A stretch of DNA of 64,000 bases from Antedon mediterranea (Eukaryota > Animalia > Echinodermata): the NCBI RefSeq assembly GCF_964355755.1, contig NC_092680.1:19291045-19355044 (forward strand), read 5' to 3'. The translations under genes were made by a program, and so were the position numbers. Below, piece after piece: positions 39,707 to 52,200 of this stretch (positions within the stretch are counted from its first letter, which is position 1; the number at the start of each line of letters is the position of its first letter). A model generated the notes under the pieces. That model was not told the DNA's origin. It made no database searches and saw only the letters and a list, made by a program, of their open reading frames with translations.

Positions 39707-40964
39707 AAACATGAAATACTATAGTAAAAAATACATACATACATTCTTTATTCGTCAAAAAACATAACAAAACAAATTCCAACAAAAGTACCAAAGAAAA
39801 AAAAAACCCACATGAAGTCCAAAATGGTTTTTTATAAAAAGTGCAGATGGGCCAATACTTAATCATGTTAAAATACTTAATCATGTTAAAATCACAAAAA
39901 AACACACCAAAAAAACAGTAGTAATAATCAGAAGTAGTAATTAATCATTATTATAAAAATTAATCATAAAAGAAAAATATTGATATTTAAAGAAATTGAT
40001 TGATTTTGAATGTTTAATAACCAGGTGAATATTGTGGAGAACATAAAAATCTTATTTTTATATTTAGAAGAACCACACGATGTAAAGTTACAGTAATTGT
40101 TTTACCATTTCGTTTTCGATACATATTGTTATTTTGACTAGAAAATTACCAAATCATATGAAATACTAAAATAACTATAGATTATTAGCATAGTATATAA
40201 CTTACTCATACTATCCCTTTATTTGGAGTAAGTTTTATACTATTTTATTTAAACATAATCATTGGTTGTATAGATTCTTTGTTAAAATAATACAAATTTG
40301 TTAAATGCGAAATTAATATTATAATGAATAGATTAGAATTTTAAGATAAAGTGAATTAATCATGATAAATTGATAAACAAATAAACATTTTGAATCAATT
40401 AATACAATACTTTTATTTTAAGGCGGTTGTTGTAAATCAAAAGCAAGCTAATATTAGAGGTAATATTTGATAAATATCTAAATAATATATAAACAAAAGT
40501 AATATTAGTTAGCTTTGCCTGTTTTATCAATGCTTTTGATTTTATTTATTCTTAAAAAATGGCATATACCAATGCAAATGATATAAATATGATTGTTGAT
40601 ATTTGATCAATTAATACACTGGTTTTAATTGAGTGTTTTTTTCTAATGTATTAGGAATATATTCAGATTTCTATATTTTCTAATGGCTGTTGATTAGGGT
40701 TGTTTCTCTTTTATATTGACATTCAACAAACTTAATTAACATTACATAATAAATGTTGGCATCAGCATTTTAATTTATCCCAACGTCAACAAATTCGTAT
40801 TGTAAGTATTGCTCAGTTTGTTGTGTGAATGTTAGTTTTCTTATACTGTATTGATTTTAGTTAGTTTTATCAAATAAATAATTTTGATACAAATTACATA
40901 AATTCGTTCTCCAATAATATTTCGTTTTTTCCCCTTTTTCCACCTAACTTCGTCATGACACATA

Positions 40965-41445
40965 ACATTTGCTAAATTTCGATTTTTATTTTTAGACATA
41001 ACTGGTTACTATATCATAATTTACATATGCAGAGTTGATTAATCCATTCTGCGCATGTCTATTATATCGAAAAATAAAAAGCAATTTTTCAAAAAATGGC
41101 CAATTTTCGACCCTTTTATTTTTTTATATAATTGCTTACTAAAGCATAATTACAATACGCAGAGTCAAATAAGGCGTTCTGCGCATCTCTATTGTGCTAT
41201 AATAACCATTTATATCGAAAAATAAAAAGGTCGAATTTTGGCAATTTTTCGAAAAAATCCCTGTTTTATAGTACAGGGAAATTTTCAAAAAATGGCCAAT
41301 TTTCGACCCTTTTATTTTTTGATATAATTGCTTACTATAGCATAATATACATGCGCAGACTCAAATAAGGCGTTCTGCGCATGTCTATTGTGCTATAGTA
41401 ACCATTTATATCGAAAAATAAAAGGGTCGAATTTTGGTCATTTTT
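40965..41445. repeat. Satellite A, left segment (palindromic ~160-195 bp units)
   Basis: AATTTTCGACCCTTTTATTTTT..ATATAATTGCTTACTATAGCATAA..TGCGCAGA..TCTGCGCA..TTGTGCTATAGTAACCATTTATATCGAAAAATAAAAGGGTCGAATTTT. Confidence 0.9.
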
Positions 41446-42253
41446 GGTCGCGTGGACCCGACTCTATATAATAATCTTTATTGTCTTTCTTTCTTGTTTG
41501 TTCTTTTGCACATACATAAATCAAAACTAAAGACTAAATTCCCTATAGTTCACTATGTCGGTCGGTCGGTCTGTCTGTCGGTCCGGTATCACTATGCGTT
41601 TTATCGCTTTTCTGTACTTTTTGAACTGTTTTGATGTCAACATGTAGGCATTTACGTGAAATTGTGCATTGTGAATGACGTTAGAGTTGCGCAACGTGAT
41701 TTACGCGCGATTTAATGATTTTCTTGTATTTAACATAGGTCAAAAACCAAACAATATTTTAAATTGAAACTTTGCATAAGTTTAATTTATATCAGACGCT
41801 AACTTTCTGTTGAAAAAAAAATGTGTGTTTTACACAAAGTTACGCGCGCACGCGCATTTAAAATTTTAAAATGCGCAAAATAAATTTTTAATCAACTTTC
41901 TACGCGTTTTTTGTCATTTTGAGCATGTCAAAAATTCCCATACGCGCGCGGTGCGCACGTAGCGTTAAATACATACTTTTTTCGCGTGATTTATGTTTTT
42001 GCAGCCTTTTCTAATAATTTTACCAACTTTTAAAAAATTTCGACTTAAAATTACGTCATACGAGCACGTCGAATTGGATAATTTGAGCACGTTTTTGATC
42101 AAAAAGTTGAAAAATTCGTCAAAATTATGCCTTTTTAGTCGCGTGGACGCGACTCTATAGTTCACTATGTCGGTCGGTCTGTCTGTCGGTCTGCCTGTCG
42201 ATCCGGTATCACTATGCATTGTAGCACGCGACTTAATGGCTGTTGGCCTTGTT
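41446..42253 (+). mobile_element. HINE / DINE-1-like (Helentron-associated) element, ending in a complete 117-bp mini copy at 42137-42253
   Basis: 5' hairpin AGTCGCGTGGACGCGACT, (GTCG/GTCT)n microsatellite, subterminal ACGCGACT, 3' stem-loop GGCTGTTGGCC, T-rich ends. Confidence 0.8.
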
Positions 42254-43026
42254 AAGCATTCAGTTCACCTAAACTGAGAGAGAACACTACCCGTTCCTTC
42301 TTCTTGTATACGATATGTTCGTAATCTTCTAGATGATACTTCTTACTCTATTGGTATTACAATTTCTAAGCATACTTTTGGAATGTTTCTGATTGTTCTT
42401 ATAATAATAATACATGGTTTCTTAAAATCTAAACACATTCTAGAATGTTCATGTAGATGTTACTGTATATTATGTTAGGAAATGGTAATTTATGACGATG
42501 TCAAACATCTTCAATACCGAGTGGCAAAGGCGCGCATATAGGCGCGGTATAATATCTAACTTGCCGTTTAACAAAATTGCATTCGTTCGATGTATGAAAT
42601 GACCGTAAACTTTTTATGACAAACCTATTCTTCAAGACCCCCACACCAAGGACAGTGCGTGTCTTATTGTAAAATCATTCAACATGGTCATCTAGCATTC
42701 GTTCGATAATCTTTAGAAAATAAACCCAAAATCTTTACTTCGACGCCTAATGACAGCGTGCGTCAATGTTTTCAGTTTACAACCAAAGAGAGAACAGCGT
42801 CGTCTAACAATCACAATGCGTGTTCAAAATACTGGGATCATACAAAATGCAAGACAGAGAAATTAAAAAAATACATATTTAAACTGCACATATTATTTAT
42901 TTTCAAATACCATATTCATTCAATCCAATGATATAACAGCGCGAATCATTGTCAGGCATGCTATAATACAAACGTTTAAACAATAATCATTATTTGGACG
43001 CCAAATGAAAGCGTCAATGTTTTTAA

Positions 43027-46000
43027 GACTATATTTTTTGTGTTTCTGCCTAAGTCAGCTGTGTGACTTAGGCAATTAAGGAGAGCTGACTTATGATCTG
43101 CCTAACTCACTTCTTATATCATTATACTGTCTTCTGTACATTATCTGAGTGCTTTTATATACATTTGCACATGCTCATATCGTTTTTTGTGTTTCTGCCT
43201 AAGTCAGCTGTGTGACTTAGGCAATTAAGGAGAGGAGACTCATGATTTTTTAAATAAAATAAGAAATACATTTTTATAGTATATTTTTTAATCCATTTGT
43301 TACAAATTCTTTCTCTTTTATTGCTACTTTCTTTTTCTAAAACCATCAGTGTTAATTTTAATCTGAAGAGCTGATGCTATTAAATTTTGATACTTAAAGG
43401 TAGCATTTTTTGTATATAGATGATATCGACAGCCTCATAACAAAAGTGTCTGAGTCATAATTTTTTTTTTTCTGCCTAACTCACTGCTTATATCAATATA
43501 CTATATTTTTTGTGTTTCTGCCCAAGTCAGCTGTGTGACTTAGGCAATTAAGGAGAGCTGACTTATGATCTGCCTATCTCACTGCTTATATCATTATACT
43601 GCCCTCTGTACATTATCTGAGTGCTTTTATATACATTTGCACATGCTCAAATCGTTTTTTGTGTTTCTGCCTAAGTCAGCTATGTGACTTAGGCAATTAA
43701 GGAGAGGAGACTCATGATTTTTTAAATAAAATAAGAAATACATTTTTATAGTATATTTTTTAACCAATTTGTTACAAATTTTTTCTCTTTTATTGCTACT
43801 TTCCTTTTCTAAATTCATCAGTGTTAATTTTAATCTGAAGAGCTGATGCTATTAAATTTTGTTACTTAAAGGAAGCATTTTTTGTATATAGATGATATCG
43901 ACAGCCTTATAACAAAAGTGTCTAAGACATAATTTTTTTTCTACCTAACTCACTGCTTATATCAATATACTATATTTTTTGTGTTTCTGCCCAAGTCAGC
44001 TGTGTGACTTAGGCAATTAAGGAGAGCTGACTTATGGTCTGCCTAACTCACTGCTTATATCAATATACTATATTTTTGGGGTTTTTTGCCCAAGTCAGCT
44101 GTGTGACTTAGGCAATTAAGGAGAGCTGACTTATGATCTGCCTAACTCACTGCTTATATCAATATACTATATTTTTTGGGTTTCTGCCCAAGTCAGCTGT
44201 GTGACTTAGGCAATTAAGGAGAGCTGACTTATGATCTGCCTAACTCACTGCTTATATCAATATACTATATTTTTTGTGTTTCTGGCCAAGTCAGCTGTGT
44301 GACTTAGGCAATTAAGGAGAGCTGACTTATGATCTGCCTAACTCACTGCTTATATCAATATACTATATTTTTTGTGTTTCTGCCTAAGTCAGCTGTGTGA
44401 CTTAGGTTATTAAGGAGAGCTGACTTATGATCTGCCTAACTCACTGATTATATCATTATACTGCCCTCTGTACATTATCTGCCTGAGTGCTTTTATATAC
44501 ATTTGCACATGCTCAGATCGTTTTTTGTGTTTCTGCCTTAGTCAGCTGTGTGACTTAGGCAATTAAGTAGAGGAGATTCATGATTTTTTAAATAAAATAA
44601 ATACATTTTTATAGTATATTTTTTAACCCATTTGTTACAAATTCTTTCTCTTTTATTGCTACTTTCCTTTTCTAAAATCATCAGTGTTAATTTTAATCTG
44701 AAGAGCTGATGCTATTAAATTTTGTTACTTAAAGGTAGCATTTTTTGTATATAGATGATATCGACAGCCTCATAACAAAAGTGTCTAAGTCATAATTTGT
44801 TTTTTGTTTTTCTGCCTAACTCACTGCTTATATCAATATACTATATTTTGTGTGTTTCTGCCTAAGTCAGCTGTGTGACTTAGGCAATTAAGGAGAGCTG
44901 ACTTATGAACAGTAGTAGCTTCAAGATCAACCAATCAATTTAAGTCCGGTCTTGAACGGGCATGGTCCAACCACCCTCTTAAATTTGCGCCATATTCAAG
45001 AGTTGATGTAATTATCAAGAGGGGCTTATAGGCATAGCCTAGCCTCGACTCCGGACCCAGCATTGCTGAGCTCCGGAAACAAGTAAACAAGTAAACAAGT
45101 AAACAGCCTAACTCACTGCTTATATCATTATACTGCCCTCTGTACATTATCTGAGTGCTTTTGTATACATTTGCACATGCTCAGATCGTTTTTTTGTATT
45201 TCTGCCTAAGTCAGCTGTGTGACTTAGGCAATTAAGGAGAGGAGACTCATGATTTTTTAAATAAAATTAGAAATACACTTTTATAGTATATTTTTTAACC
45301 CATTTGTTACAAATTCTTTCTCTTTTATTGCTACTTTCCTTTTCTAAAATCATCAGTGTTAATTTTAATCTGAAGAGCTAATGCTATTAAATTTTGTTAC
45401 TTAAAGGTAGCATTTTTTGTATATAGATGATATCGACAGCTTCATAACAAAAGTATCTAAGTCATATTTTTTTTCTTGCCTAACTCACTGCTTACATCAA
45501 TATACTATATTTGTTGTGTTTCTGGCCAAGTCAGCTGTGTGACTTAGGCAATTAATGAGAGCTGACTTATGATCTGCCTAACTCACTGCTTATATCAATA
45601 TACTATATTTTTTGTGTTTCTGCCTAAGTCAGCTGTGTGACTTAGGCAATTAAGGAGAGCTGACTTATGATCTGCCTAACTCACTGCTTATATCATTATA
45701 TCTGCCCTCTGTACATTATCTGAGTGCTTTTATATACATTTGCACATGCTCAGATCGTTTTTTGGTGTTTCTTCCTAAGTCAGCTGTGTGACTTAGGCAA
45801 TTAAGGAGAGGAGACTCATGATTTTTTAAATAAAATAAGAAATACATTTTTATAGTATATTTTTAACCCATTTGTTACAAATTCTTTCTCTTTTATTGCT
45901 ACTTTCTTTTTCTAAAACCATCAGTGTTAATTTTAATCTGAAGAGCTGATGCTATTAAATTTTGTTACTTAAAGGTAGCATTTTTTGTATATAGATGATA

Positions 46001-46310
46001 TCGACAGCCTCATAACAAAAGTGTCTAAGTCATAATTTGTTTTTTTTTTTTCTGCCTAACTCACTGCTTATATCAATATACTATATTTTTTGTGTTTCTG
46101 CCCAAGTCAGCTGTGTGACTTAGGCAATTAAGGAGAGCTGACTTATGATCTGCCTAACTCACTGCTTATATCATTATACTGCCCTCTGTACATTATCTGA
46201 GTGCTTTTATATACATTTGCACATGCTCAGATCGTTTTGTGTTTGCAATTAAGGAGAGGAGACTCATGATTTTTTAAATAAAACAAGAAATACATTTTTA
46301 TAGTATATTT
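43027..46310. repeat. Satellite B: ~100-bp subunits organised in ~470-bp higher-order repeats
   Basis: Over 15 copies of TGCCTAAGTCA-GCTGTG-TGACTTAGGCA (11-bp stem) followed by ATTAAGGAGAG. The long unit recurs with a 472-bp offset (ORF echoes at 43155 and 43627). A run of pure 100-mers lies at about 43960-44450. Confidence 0.93.
44909..45105 (+). mobile_element. 5'-truncated non-LTR retroposon 3' end inserted in satellite B
   Basis: Unrelated ~197 bp replaces TCT in the unit sequence TTATGA|TCT|GCCTAAC and ends in an octamer tail (AAACAAGT)x3. Confidence 0.7.
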
Positions 46311-46312
46311 TT

Positions 46313-46506
46313 AGTCGCGTGGACGCGACTCTATAGTTCACTATGTCGGTCGGTCGGTCGGTCTGTCGGTCCGGTATCACTATGCGTTTTATCGCTTTTC
46401 TGTACTTTTTGAACTGTTTTGATGTACAGAAAAGTTTTAAAGTACATTACTTTTTGAAAGTTCATTTTTTTCTGAGAGCACGCGACTTATGGCTGTTGGC
46501 CTTATT
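46313..46506 (+). mobile_element. HINE / DINE-1-like element (complete, about 194 bp)
   Basis: TT|AGTCGCGTGGACGCGACTCTATAGTTCACTATGTCGGTCGG... GCACGCGACTTATGGCTGTTGGCCTTATT. Confidence 0.82.
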
Positions 46507-48290
46507 GGAAAAAATCCCTGTACTATAGTACAGGAAAATTTTCGAAAAATTGCCAATTTTCCACCCTTTTATTTTTGATATAATTGCTTACTATAGCATA
46601 ATTAACATGCGCAGACTCAAATAATGCTCTCTGCGCATGTCTATTGTGATATAGTAACCATTTATGTCGAGAATTAAAAGGTTCGAATTTTGGTCAATTT
46701 TTGAAAAAATCCCTGTACTATAGTACAGGAAAATTGTCAAAAAATTGCCAATTTTCGACCCTTTTTTTTTTTATAAAATTGCTTACTATAGCATAATTAA
46801 TATGCGCAGACTCAAATAAGGCATTCTGCGCATTGTAATTGTGATATAGTAACCATTTATATCGAAAAATAAAAGGGTCGAATTTTGGTCATTTTTTAAA
46901 AAAATCCCTGTACTATAGTACAGGGAAAATTGTCGAAGAATTGCCAATTTTCGACCCTTTTTTTTTTATATAATTGCTTACTATGGCATAATTAACATGC
47001 GCAGACTCAAATAAGGCGTTCTGCGCATGTCTATTGTGCTATAGTAACCATTTATATCGAAAAATAAAAGGGTCGAATTTTGATCTTTTTTTTGAAAAAA
47101 ATCCCTGTACTATAGTACAGGAAAATTTTCGAAAAGTTGCCAATTTTCGACCCTTTTATTTTTTGATATAATTGCTTACAAAAGCATAATTAACATGCGC
47201 AGACTCAAATAATGCGTTCTGCGCATGTCTATTGTGCTATAGTAACCATTTATATCGAAAAATAAAAGGGTCGAATTTTGGTCATTTTTTGAAAATTGCC
47301 AATTTTTGACCCTTTTATTTGTTGATATAATTGCTTACAAAAGCATAATTAACATGCGCAGACTCAAATAAGGCGTTCTGCGCATGTCTATTTTGCTATA
47401 GTAACCATTTATATCGAAAAATAAAAGGGTCGAATTTTGGTTATCTTTTGAAAAATTCCCTGTACTATAGTACAGGAAAATTTTCGAAAATTACAAATTT
47501 TCGACCCTTTTATTTTTTGATATAATTGCTTACTATAGCATAATTACAATGCGCAGAGTCAAATAAGGCGTTTTGCGCATGTCTATTGTGCTATAGTAAC
47601 CATTTATATCGAAAAATAAAAAGGTCGAATTTTGGCAATTTTTTTACCCTTTTATTTTTTACTATAGCATAATTAAAAAAAATCCCTGTACAGGGAAAAT
47701 TGTCGAAGAATTGCCAATTTTCGACCCTTTTTTTGTGGATATAATTGCTTACTATGGCATAATTAACATATGCAGAGTCAAATAAGGCGTTCTACGCATG
47801 TCTATTGTGCTATAGTAACCATTTATATCGAAAAATAAAAAGGTCGAATTTTGGCAATTTTTCGAAAAAATCCCTGTACTAGTACAGGGAAATTTTCGAA
47901 AAATTGCAAATTTTCGACCCTTTTATTTTTTTATATAATTGCTTACTATAGCATAATTACAATGCGCAGAGTCAAATAAGGCATTTTGCGCATCTCTATT
48001 GTGCTATACAGTAGTAACCGTTTATATCGGAAAATAAAAGGGTCGAATTTTGAATATTTTTGTAACCTTTTATTTTTTGATATAATTGCTTACTATAGCA
48101 TAATTACAATGCGCAGACTCAAATAATGCGTTCTACGCATGTCTATTGTGCTATAGTAACCATTTATATCGAAAAATAAAAAGGTCGAATTTTTGTCATT
48201 TTTTTACCCTTTCATTTTTTGATATAATTGCTTACTATATCATAATATAGCTATTTTATTATGCTATAGTAACCATTTATATGAAAAAAT
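46507..48290. repeat. Satellite A, right segment (about 10 units, period about 195 bp)
   Basis: ATCCCTGTACTATAGTACAGG at 46514, 46709, 46904 and 47101; some units lack this small palindrome. Confidence 0.93.
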
Positions 48291-49204
48291 CAATATTTTG
48301 GAAACTAGCAAACATATACAAGAACCACTATTTTAAATTATTTTAGTTGGCATGTGCGAAGAAGATTTTATTTTTCAACTTGTAATTCTGGTATTTCATT
48401 AATTTTTCAATAATATAAGTCAATATTACTTTTCATTGGTTATTGGTTGTACTTAATAATAATTATAAAATGTAGTACAGTGATTATTTTCAATAAAAAT
48501 AATAAATATACAATATTGATTATTTATAAGTACAATTTCAAAAAATCAATGTACTATATGTTTATTATGGTTATCACTATTATTAAAAATTATTATTATT
48601 TTTGAATAAAGTTCACAAGAAAAATTAAGATAAAATCCCTTCTCTACTTGGAAATAATTCGTGCAGAATATCCAACAGTCAACTTTTGGAATAAATGTCT
48701 GTTGGCATAATTACACACATAAAGTAGGCCCTACTGTGAATATTCTGATGCTATAACTGCAGAAATCCACATTTAATTAAGTAAAGAGGGCTGCAAATTC
48801 CATTTGGTAAAGTTTGTCTATTGTACAAAAAATAGTTTTTGGAAAAAAAATGAAGAAATTTCGGCCCTTTTATTTTTCGACATACAGTATTTTTTTCCGA
48901 TGATGACAAATTAGCGCATTTGGAAAATTGCTTATTATCCAAAAGGGTCATAATGGGTATCATTTCGGTAAGTAAAGTATATTCTTGCTTTTTACAATTT
49001 TCTGGTATTAACCCTACCATCTAAATACATAATCTCTCCTATTAAACTAAAGAAACACACAAGAGAATTGGCCACAAAAGTGTACTGTACACTGTACTAC
49101 AGTAAGAAATAATGGAAAACGGCGGGAAAATTAAATATTTTAACTAAAAAATTGATGCAGCTAACCCTTGTGGAAGTTGTTGCAAGGCTGCTATCCCTGG
49201 TGTT

Positions 49205-52200
49205 TTAGTTCCTGACGGACCACATTTCAGGGTATAACAGCTTTTTCAACATCATAGCCTCTGCTTCGGATGAGTCGAGTGTCTGATCCCGGAAGAAAAC
49301 AATTCCCGTCAGCTGTTCAATATCACTGATTGTTGCTCGGTGATCGGCAAGGTTTTCATCAAAATTCTAAAGAAATGAGAAAAAGCACTTTACGTATTTA
49401 TTCTATTAAACGCCTCCTCGAAAAAACGCCCTATGGCTCTAATAAACTCCTAAAATCCTTCTAAACGTTTATTCGAATAAATAAGCTAATTTTAATTTTC
49501 TTTACACAAGAAATGTGGAGAAACAGCAGTTACAAAGAACTGCCATCTTTTATTTGGTGGGTTTATAGCTTATGAAATCACATCTTCGCCATTGTATCAT
49601 TTACCTTGCAATTAGGAGGTGATTCGTTTGAGTGAGGCAGGATGAAGGATAGAATATCAATATCTTCCGGTCTTTTTCCACATGACGAAAATACTCTGTT
49701 ACTAACACGACATCGGGTCACGATGTAATAGTAGGCTGTGGGTACAGGAGTTTCTCCGATCCAATTAGAACTGTAATTTGAATGATAATAATAATAACAA
49801 TGGTTGTTATAAAATGTCATCATGTGAACCAAAAACAGTATAAGCAGATTGGAAATGCATATCCGAGAATAATCTTCCACTAAGTCAGATATGACGCAAT
49901 TTGTGCGGAAATGTTTACGAATTGACGTCTAGAATCGAGTCTGCCCGAGAATTGAGACCTGATTCTAAAATCACAGGACTTTAAAATACTACACATGCGC
50001 GCAACGGAAAAAAAAGAAATTAATGCTATATTTACCTTCCAGCAAGTTCATAATATGTATCTACTCTTGAATCGTGGTTCGTGTCGAAAATTGGTCCAAC
50101 TACGACATTGACACCTTTGTGCGTGTCTGCCCATCTTAGTGTTTGGCTAACAAGTCTGCTCCAATAACCTAAGATAAGAAAAACAGATCTATATGTGGTG
50201 AAAAATGCTATTTTCAAACAGACTATAACTTCCCCTTAATACGTACTATAACAAGTGTTTGGGAAGTGGGGGTAGGAGTAATTATACATAGTAACAGAAG
50301 CTTCAGTTCAGATGGGAAATGGAATTGCGGTGATTACACCACGAACTAATCGATTTATTCATGTACACATTTAACTATTTGTTTAATGGATACCTTCTAG
50401 GATAATCTTAAGCTCTGTCTAGACTATCAAACTAGTTCGTGTGTTGTGCCCAAATATGGTAGTGATATGCTTAAATATGGTAGTGATATGACACCATCGT
50501 GTCCATATATGGGCATGTCACATTTTGTTTTGTCACATAAAAGTTTGATAGTTTGACAGAGCTTTACTGAGCGCGATAGTAAAAAAATAGTATTAGGCCT
50601 ACCGGTGTAGAAATAAGTGTACATCGGGACAATGTTTGATGAAACAAGGCAATTGATCTGGTCAGTCTGGTCGTTTGTAGTTCCTGTTCCACCAGTATTT
50701 CCTGTATATTCTACAATAACAATAACATATTGTAAGTTACATTTAATAAGTTTAAAATTTAAAATGATAATTGTTTTAACTAGCTTTCCGTCAGAAAGCT
50801 AAAAGTAATTGGCCAAATTAGTTTAAACTCCTTCATGTTCTGACGTAATTTGACCTGATGCTAAGTATATAATTAAGAAAACTTGTACTAATATGCAGAT
50901 GTTGACAAAGGGCCGAGATATTTAGGAAGGCACCCTTAGTCGTCCATTAGCCGGGGGGGGGGGGGGGGGGTGTATCAAAGGCTTTGGGGTATCAAAGATC
51001 TTTGGTGGGTATCAAAGATCTTTGGGGTATCAAATGTATCTGGGGTGTATCAAAGTTCTTTGGGGAGGGGGAGTATCAAAGGTCTTGAGGGAGGTACCAA
51101 ATGCTTTGGGGGTAGCAAAGGCCTTTGGGGGTATCAAAGGCCCTTGGGGGTAGGACGTATCAAAGTATTATCTTGAGTGTTTGCACCCAGTATAGTAGGT
51201 CATTTTAGTCGCAGTCGTACGGTACATAATAAAAATATAAACTTAGTGATGTGTGAAAAATAATAACTTACTACTGCAGCTATAGAGAAAACGCTTGCTA
51301 AGTCCATTTTGGTATTGTGGTCCAATGTACGCGTTACATTTAACACTATTCTCGGTTTGAATACGAATATCATCTTTTGTACAAGTATCAATTGGTGATA
51401 TATAGTTTGTCTGAAATTACAAAGCATATATTGTAACTGAATACAAAACAGTATATAAAAAGAAACAAATTTTAAAATGTTCACAACTCAAATTCAAACT
51501 AGTTTGGCAACAAATGTGATATTTCCAAAAATGGTAGTGATATGAAATCATCATGTCCATATATGGGCATATCACTTTTATTTTGTCCTATAACGTTTGA
51601 TAGTGAAGACGGATCTTAATACAATTGAAAGAAATAAAACATTTTCTTTGGGGCTAAAATGTGACGTCTTTCCCTAAGCTAACTCTTAACCTAATCACAT
51701 GAGATGCTGTATTACGGATTTGCCTGTGAAACTGGATGGATAAATATTGTCACGAGGAGATACAGAAAGAGGATTAAACCACTTTATTTTAGGTAAAAGG
51801 AGTTTTATAAGTATTCGTTGGTTTTAAGTGGCAGTATACAAATTATTCCTACACTTATACAACAGCTGCTGCTTTTATGGATTTTTTTCGAGAGCTTCTC
51901 CAACTTTCGTAAATCCTTGATTTACACCGAAGTGGTTATGATGGTGTCGTGAATAATGTTGCTGAACTTTCGACAGCATAGTAAAATTAAGATAAACTTG
52001 AGTTTTATGACAACATGTATCGTTGTTACGCCGAACAACATCATCAGTGTAACAAGTGATTAAAGGTACTTAAACAATTGCCAAACGTTCGGCGATTTCG
52101 AAATGTATAAACTTATTTAACACATATTATAATATTATGGAAGCGTAACAGTACAATTGAGGCTATAACAGCTGTATATAAAGCCATGTTGGAAATACTT

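Noticed and set aside
42254-42510. Possible solo LTR fragment with heat-shock-element-like TTCTAGAA motifs
   Set aside because: Only one plausible terminus and no TSD, PBS or PPT can be seen
43155-43818. Two near-identical 63-aa ORFs on -
   Set aside because: They are echoes of the 472-bp satellite unit with no protein features
43790-43825. CTGATGA...GAAA on the minus strand of satellite B as a hammerhead
   Set aside because: There is no credible stem II and the CTGATGA box is not kept in all units
43027-46310. CRISPR-like look: a 28-bp hairpin repeat at regular spacing
   Set aside because: The intervening sequences are themselves repeated rather than unique spacers, there are no cas genes, and the context is eukaryotic
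39707-49204. Functional coupling of ABCA and ENPP, by analogy with the ABCC6-ENPP1 pyrophosphate pathway
   Set aside because: The ABC subfamily differs, the ENPP appears inactive, and adjacency in an animal genome is not evidence without conserved synteny
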